A DNA stretch of 63,743 bases, filler included, from Thraustochytrium aureum (taxonomy: Eukaryota): assembly GCA_012862495.1 (NCBI GenBank). It is 8 parts of 6 records of this genome, joined end to end, with 100 filler letters (N's around TTAATTAATTAA, not from the genome) between each part and the next. Parts side by side here need not be neighbours in the genome. Positions count along the whole stretch, not along the records: positions 57,625 to 62,400 come from BLSG01000205.1; positions 62,501 to 63,743 come from BLSG01000214.1; 6 more parts are not named here. One strand, 5' to 3'. Under the pieces are notes generated by a model. It was not told the DNA's origin and made no database searches. It was given only the letters and a program-made list of their open reading frames with translations. Below are positions 59,413 to 63,743 of this stretch, piece by piece. The position numbers were made by a program, and so were the translations under genes. Numbering within the stretch: the stretch's first letter is position 1; each line of letters begins with the position of its first letter.

Positions 59413-61107
59413 TCAACGTAGTAGTCCATGCTGCGGTAGAGAGAGTTTTTCGTCGAACCATGGGACGACGTTTGCGTCGTCAACACGAGACAGACTTGTG
59501 AGCACATTCTGAGGCGTTGCCGAAACCAAAAGCCGCAAAACGTTTTGGCCGTGGAGATTCTCGTTGTTCAGAAACCAGTCGTGTGCGCCCCGGAGTGTTG
59601 GCGCAAAGTGGCACTCATCCGCGATGATCACCAAGAGCGTTTTGCAATCGCTTGCTTCTTGCTCCATCCACTCTCGGTGTGCGACCATTTCTACGTGGGG
59701 CACTCTCGAATGCTTCAGGACGCGGCCGCCCTCCAACTTGGCTCCCATGACGCGGCTTCGAGTTTGTGATTGTAGGGAGTTGAAGTTGGGCGTGAGTACA
59801 ACGAAGGAGACGCGGTTGAATCTTGATGCCCAATCGGCATCACCTTCTTCGAAGAGGACCCGTTGGGCCGCCTCAAAAAGCTTGCTGGCGACAAAACGCT
59901 GCTCCGCGTGCGCAAAGTCTGGCTGATCCAGGCTTTCCTGCGGGAGCTCTGGATAATTTCGGCGGATCGCCGTGTCTGGCACGCTGATTCGGACACAAAT
60001 CATGGCGCTTTTCTCGCCTTCCGTGAGATTGCCATCTCTCTCTGTGTCGTGGCTCATAGCCACGAGGTCGCCTTCTTGTGGAAGCGAGACGCCGAAGCTT
60101 GCCAAAACAGCTGAGAGTTGTTGCAAGGCTCTTTGAGACCTAGCCAACGTTACGGTATCCTCTGCCTCTACGAGAAAGCTCTCGGCGAGGGCTCTGCGTT
60201 GATCCATTGCTTGAGGAAGAGCCGGCATTGTGAGCTCGAGGACTCCTTCCTGATTGTTGGCCTCGCCTTGGCACTGTATCACGAAACGAACCTGTACGGG
60301 CCGATCATCGCCGATCCTATCAGTTTCATCGTCCGCCTCGGCTTCCACGTTGTCTCTCGCCTCTATCTCGGTGCTAAATTGCAGCAGTCGTCGAGCCTCC
60401 GTTGCGTCATCTTCGCGCCCGAGCACCAGCAGCACGCTGTCAACGCGTGTACCCGCAAGTATCTTGACTACGACGTTGCGACGGTCACGCATACGGCTTT
60501 CCAGAATTTGCGTGAGTTCCTCTGGATCTAGGTCGTTGTTCGTGCGGACGATGAGGTGCCCCTCTCTACATTCATTATCATGGATGTCTCGCAGTAGTGC
60601 TGCTTGGTGCGTGTACGAGGGAGGCAGAGTCTGCAACCCCAGCATTCTAAGGATGTCGAAATACGTGCGATTGCCTTGGCCTACCAAGAATTGGCCACTG
60701 CGAGTACCCGGATCGTGTTGTATCATTCTGTTTTGCCCGTCCTGGTGCGAAAGTTTGCTCAAGCAGAGGGCAAGTAACGCGAGCCCGTCCACTTGCTCGT
60801 CATCTTGGTTTCCGTTCGTAAACCTGTAGGTCATCTTGAGCCCGCTGATATCCGTGAGCCCAACAACCTCGCCTCCAGCTGGCATCCAGCACACGCGCAG
60901 TAGTTGCGACAAAGCTTGCAGTTCCAGGGTATTGTTCTCGTGTAAGTTTCGGACGGCCTGGTGGGTGTTGCTGACCTCATCGTCAAAGCCCGCCGCCGGC
61001 TCTGCGTTCAGTACAAGCACCAGCGGCATTTGCTGTGGCGCGTCGCTCTGCATCTCGGATGATTCAGACTTGCTCTGGAAGGTCCTGAGAATTTGGATTG
61101 CTTTCAA
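59413..61107 (-). CDS. SF2 helicase-like (DExH) domain protein of uncertain family
   Basis: 564-aa ORF ending with motif II LVIIADECH and motif III LVSATP. It stops shortly after these, probably through a frameshift. Confidence 0.55.
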   Translation of the reverse strand: MKAIQILRTFQSKSESSEMQSDAPQQMPLVLVLNAEPAAGFDDEVSNTHQAVRNLHENNTLELQALSQLLRVCWMPAGGEVVGLTDISGLKMTYRFTNGNQDDEQVDGLALLALCLSKLSHQDGQNRMIQHDPGTRSGQFLVGQGNRTYFDILRMLGLQTLPPSYTHQAALLRDIHDNECREGHLIVRTNNDLDPEELTQILESRMRDRRNVVVKILAGTRVDSVLLVLGREDDATEARRLLQFSTEIEARDNVEAEADDETDRIGDDRPVQVRFVIQCQGEANNQEGVLELTMPALPQAMDQRRALAESFLVEAEDTVTLARSQRALQQLSAVLASFGVSLPQEGDLVAMSHDTERDGNLTEGEKSAMICVRISVPDTAIRRNYPELPQESLDQPDFAHAEQRFVASKLFEAAQRVLFEEGDADWASRFNRVSFVVLTPNFNSLQSQTRSRVMGAKLEGGRVLKHSRVPHVEMVAHREWMEQEASDCKTLLVIIADECHFAPTLRGAHDWFLNNENLHGQNVLRLLVSATPQNVLTSLSRVDDANVVPWFDEKLSLPQHGLLR

Positions 61108-61354
61108 CGAACAGTAGGCTTATTGACCCACCTTCCTCAACGCGTCTGTTGCTCGGAGTGACTGCCCCCTGCTTTTGCTCTGCCCGTCAGCTCGCCACCG
61201 TGCGCTGCGCAGCAGTTCAAGTACGTTTCTGCTTCCTGTTCTCAATGCGGGTTTGCTGAATGGATTGCGCGAGCGATGGTGTTTGCATGCAGTAGTAGTA
61301 ATCGAGATCAGAGCGCAAAATCAACGGAAAAGCTCAGCATTGCGTGGTGTGATT

Positions 61355-61455
61355 GAAGGCAACCGACCCGAACGCGGAGCTCCGCGCGCCAACTCAGCTA
61401 CTCAGAAGGCAATCGACCCGAACGCGGAGCTCCGCGCGCCAACTCGCGCCAACTC
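61355..61455 (+). repeat. Two 41-bp direct repeats (period 50), each containing a 14-bp palindrome
   Basis: GAAGGCAA(C/T)CGACCCGAACGCGGAGCTCCGCGCGCCAACTC at 61355 and 61405, plus an extra GCGCCAACTC. Confidence 0.85.
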
Positions 61456-62794
61456 AATTACTCTGTCGGACCTGATGGCCGCGCTCCGGGTCCACGCGCA
61501 CGAATGCAGTCTCGACTCTCGAGTGCATCCTTACGTCCTTCCTTTCCCCGGGCCCGGGCCTTCCTCCCATGCTCTCGGCTAGTACCGGTAGAGAGATAGA
61601 GTACTCAGAAAGCACCCATGGAGGACAGGAGTGCACGCGGATCTAATGAAAGTGTGCACAAGTCCGGCTCACGCAGGGGTTTGTGCACTCACGTGCGTCT
61701 ACGCACTACTTACTCTTCAGCTCGAGAGAGAGTTGCAGCGGCTGGAAATTCTTTTGCCAATGTGCCATTTTGACAGGGACGGCAAAACTTTCACAGTTCG
61801 TCGTCGCGGAAAAAGTAGTGCCACTTTTCTTCGCGCTGCTTGACCAAGTAGAAGGTCGTCCTCTCCAAACCCAAGGCTGTCATTTATCCCGGAAAAATTA
61901 TTATCCGTCGTCGACCATCGATTGATGTGCTGTCGGTTACGCCCCAGACGAGGCGTTGTCCTCGTGCGAAGTAAAATGGTTCGTTGCGCTGCGACTTGGA
62001 GCGGGGATTGATGAAAGTTCATCATGAACGGCTGGGCTTGGCTGCATCGATTTGGTGCAGCGCGGAGACTGGCCGCGCTTTACTCGCGTGCGGCTATCCG
62101 GTGGAAGTTGCCGCGGCGGCGATCGCGCTCTACTCTCGCTGCCAGCCGGTTGGTATCAGCGCAGCGGCGATCGCGTTCTACTCGTTTGTTGCTATCTACG
62201 AGTACTCAGTGTCACGTTTTTTTTTTCCTTCAAAGACGCACGTCCTCACCGCGACGGATTGTATTTATAATCGCTGTTGCCTGATTTGGCGAGCGCAGTT
62301 TCCCTGGAAACATAAGACCAGGGCGGTTGCTTCGCGGCAAGCGGCGAGAGCGCCGTTGGTCGGACCGTGACCGTTCTCTCGAAAAGAAGAAGGCACAACA
62401 NNNNNNNNNNNNNNNNNNNNNNNNNNNNNNNNNNNNNNNNNNNNTTAATTAATTAANNNNNNNNNNNNNNNNNNNNNNNNNNNNNNNNNNNNNNNNNNNN
62501 TGCCTCCGCAACGAGTTGCTCGTACGACGGGTTGGACCGGCTCGCGGCCTTGCGGCTCGAGATGGACCCCTGTGACAAGTTTGGCAACGCCCCGGGGCGA
62601 GCTCGCGCGCATGAAAACCCGTCGTACTGCTCAGCGCGCGTCGAGCTTCTTCGCTACATGCGAATGTGGTAGTCGCTTGCACGAGCGCCCGCTGCACCTC
62701 GTGCTTCCTTCCGATCGCAATCGAAGACCCAAATTGATTGGTTTATAAATGCTCTGTGCGCCCCCGTCGCAGACCCACAATCAAGGTCGCCGAC

Positions 62795-63743
62795 TCACGC
62801 TCGTCGCCGCCAGTCCTCGTCGATGCGGCGGATCAGCTCGTCCAGGAACGCGGGGACCTTGTAGGCGTATCGCTCCACCTCGAGCGACTGCACCTTGTCG
62901 AACAACTGGAGCTCGGCCGGAGCCGTGTCGATGTAGTGCTTGAACGGGGCGTAGCTCGCGCGGTGCGACTCGGAATCATGCACCAACAGAACGCGCTTGC
63001 CCGCCGCAATGGCCTGCCGGAGCTCGGCCACCACGTAAGCGCTCTCGAACACGCCCTTCGTGAGCAGCAAAAGGAAGCACTTGCTGCGCTTCACGCCCTC
63101 CAGCATCGCGGCCTTGTTGATCTCGCCCCTGTACGCCTTGTCGAACCAGACGCTCAGCCCGCGGTTCTCGAGCTTGAGCTTGAGCGCATCGGCAAGGTCT
63201 CCTCCCGTGCTTTGAACGTGGCTTAGGAATACGTGGTGCTCGAGGCCTGGCGCAAGCGGCGCCAGCCGGGTCCGCTTCCTGGCTTCTGCACCCTCCGCGT
63301 CGCTGTCGATCCCGCCGTGCCGCTCGTCGAAGAACGCAGCAAAATTGGCCACCGGGACGCTCCGCGTCGGCCGGTAGCCCTTCACTTGTGGCTTGCGCTT
63401 CTCCCGGGCCTGCTTCAGCTTGCTGAACTCCACTGCGACGCCATCGCCGTCAACTGCGAGCAACAAAAAGCTGAGCCCACGAAAGAGCACGTCCTTCTGT
63501 TGCCGGATCATCGAGATTAGCTTCTTGACCGTCAGCGCAGCGTCAGTCGCATTCGGGTCGACCCTGATCACAAGCGAGTCGCCGAGGATTTGCACCGAGA
63601 AGGTCGTGTTGCCGAACGCCAATAGTGCCTTGGTCTTGCCAACTTCGCAGGTCCAGTCTTCTTCGTCGGTGACGGTCTTGGCGTGCGCCGCGCACTGGGC
63701 CACGAGCCGCTGGAACACGCCGTTGGGGAGCCACGGAAACTCT
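62795..63743 (-). CDS. TIR-domain protein (TIR_2 type) with upstream COR-like segment; 5'-truncated
   Basis: HVFLSH..LSVWFD..EGVKRSKCFLLLLT..FESAYVVAELRQA is a TIR domain. The N-terminal WLPNGVFQRLVA resembles COR of Roco proteins. Confidence 0.82.
   Translation of the reverse strand, partial: EFPWLPNGVFQRLVAQCAAHAKTVTDEEDWTCEVGKTKALLAFGNTTFSVQILGDSLVIRVDPNATDAALTVKKLISMIRQQKDVLFRGLSFLLLAVDGDGVAVEFSKLKQAREKRKPQVKGYRPTRSVPVANFAAFFDERHGGIDSDAEGAEARKRTRLAPLAPGLEHHVFLSHVQSTGGDLADALKLKLENRGLSVWFDKAYRGEINKAAMLEGVKRSKCFLLLLTKGVFESAYVVAELRQAIAAGKRVLLVHDSESHRASYAPFKHYIDTAPAELQLFDKVQSLEVERYAYKVPAFLDELIRRIDEDWRRRA

Noticed and set aside
5837..62456. Recurring palindrome TTAATTAATTAA as a biological motif
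   Set aside because: It is always embedded in N padding and is an assembly spacer.

Overview
This is GC-rich eukaryotic nuclear DNA. It has spliceosomal GT-AG introns with CTRAC branch points, importins, Vps53 and a G-alpha. The gene style suggests a protist, possibly a stramenopile such as a labyrinthulomycete, but that is inference only. The window is a draft assembly: eight unrelated scaffolds (about 1-5792, 5893-19726, 19827-31715, 31816-37447, 37548-49813, 49914-57524, 57625-62400, 62501-63743) joined by N-flanked TTAATTAATTAA linkers. It has many internal N gaps and apparent homopolymer indel frameshifts. Most genes are housekeeping or generic: alpha-kinase, TRM5, TIM8, G-alpha, AspRS, importin alpha-like and beta, ABCB half-transporter, carboxylesterase, Obg, two LRR/F-box-like genes, amino-acid and ammonium transporters, and VPS53. 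The standout is scaffold 31816-37447. It carries a Fanzor1-like (eukaryotic TnpB/Cas12-related) RNA-guided nuclease gene with all three RuvC acidic residues, an N-terminal NLS-like motif and a structured 3' region that is a candidate omegaRNA. This gene lies between a near-identical-repeat WD40 gene and a convergent gene ending in an HNH-like motif. Also notable are a COR-TIR gene, a BRCT+Myb (RAP1-like) gene and a compositionally distinct scaffold with an SF2-helicase-like ORF.
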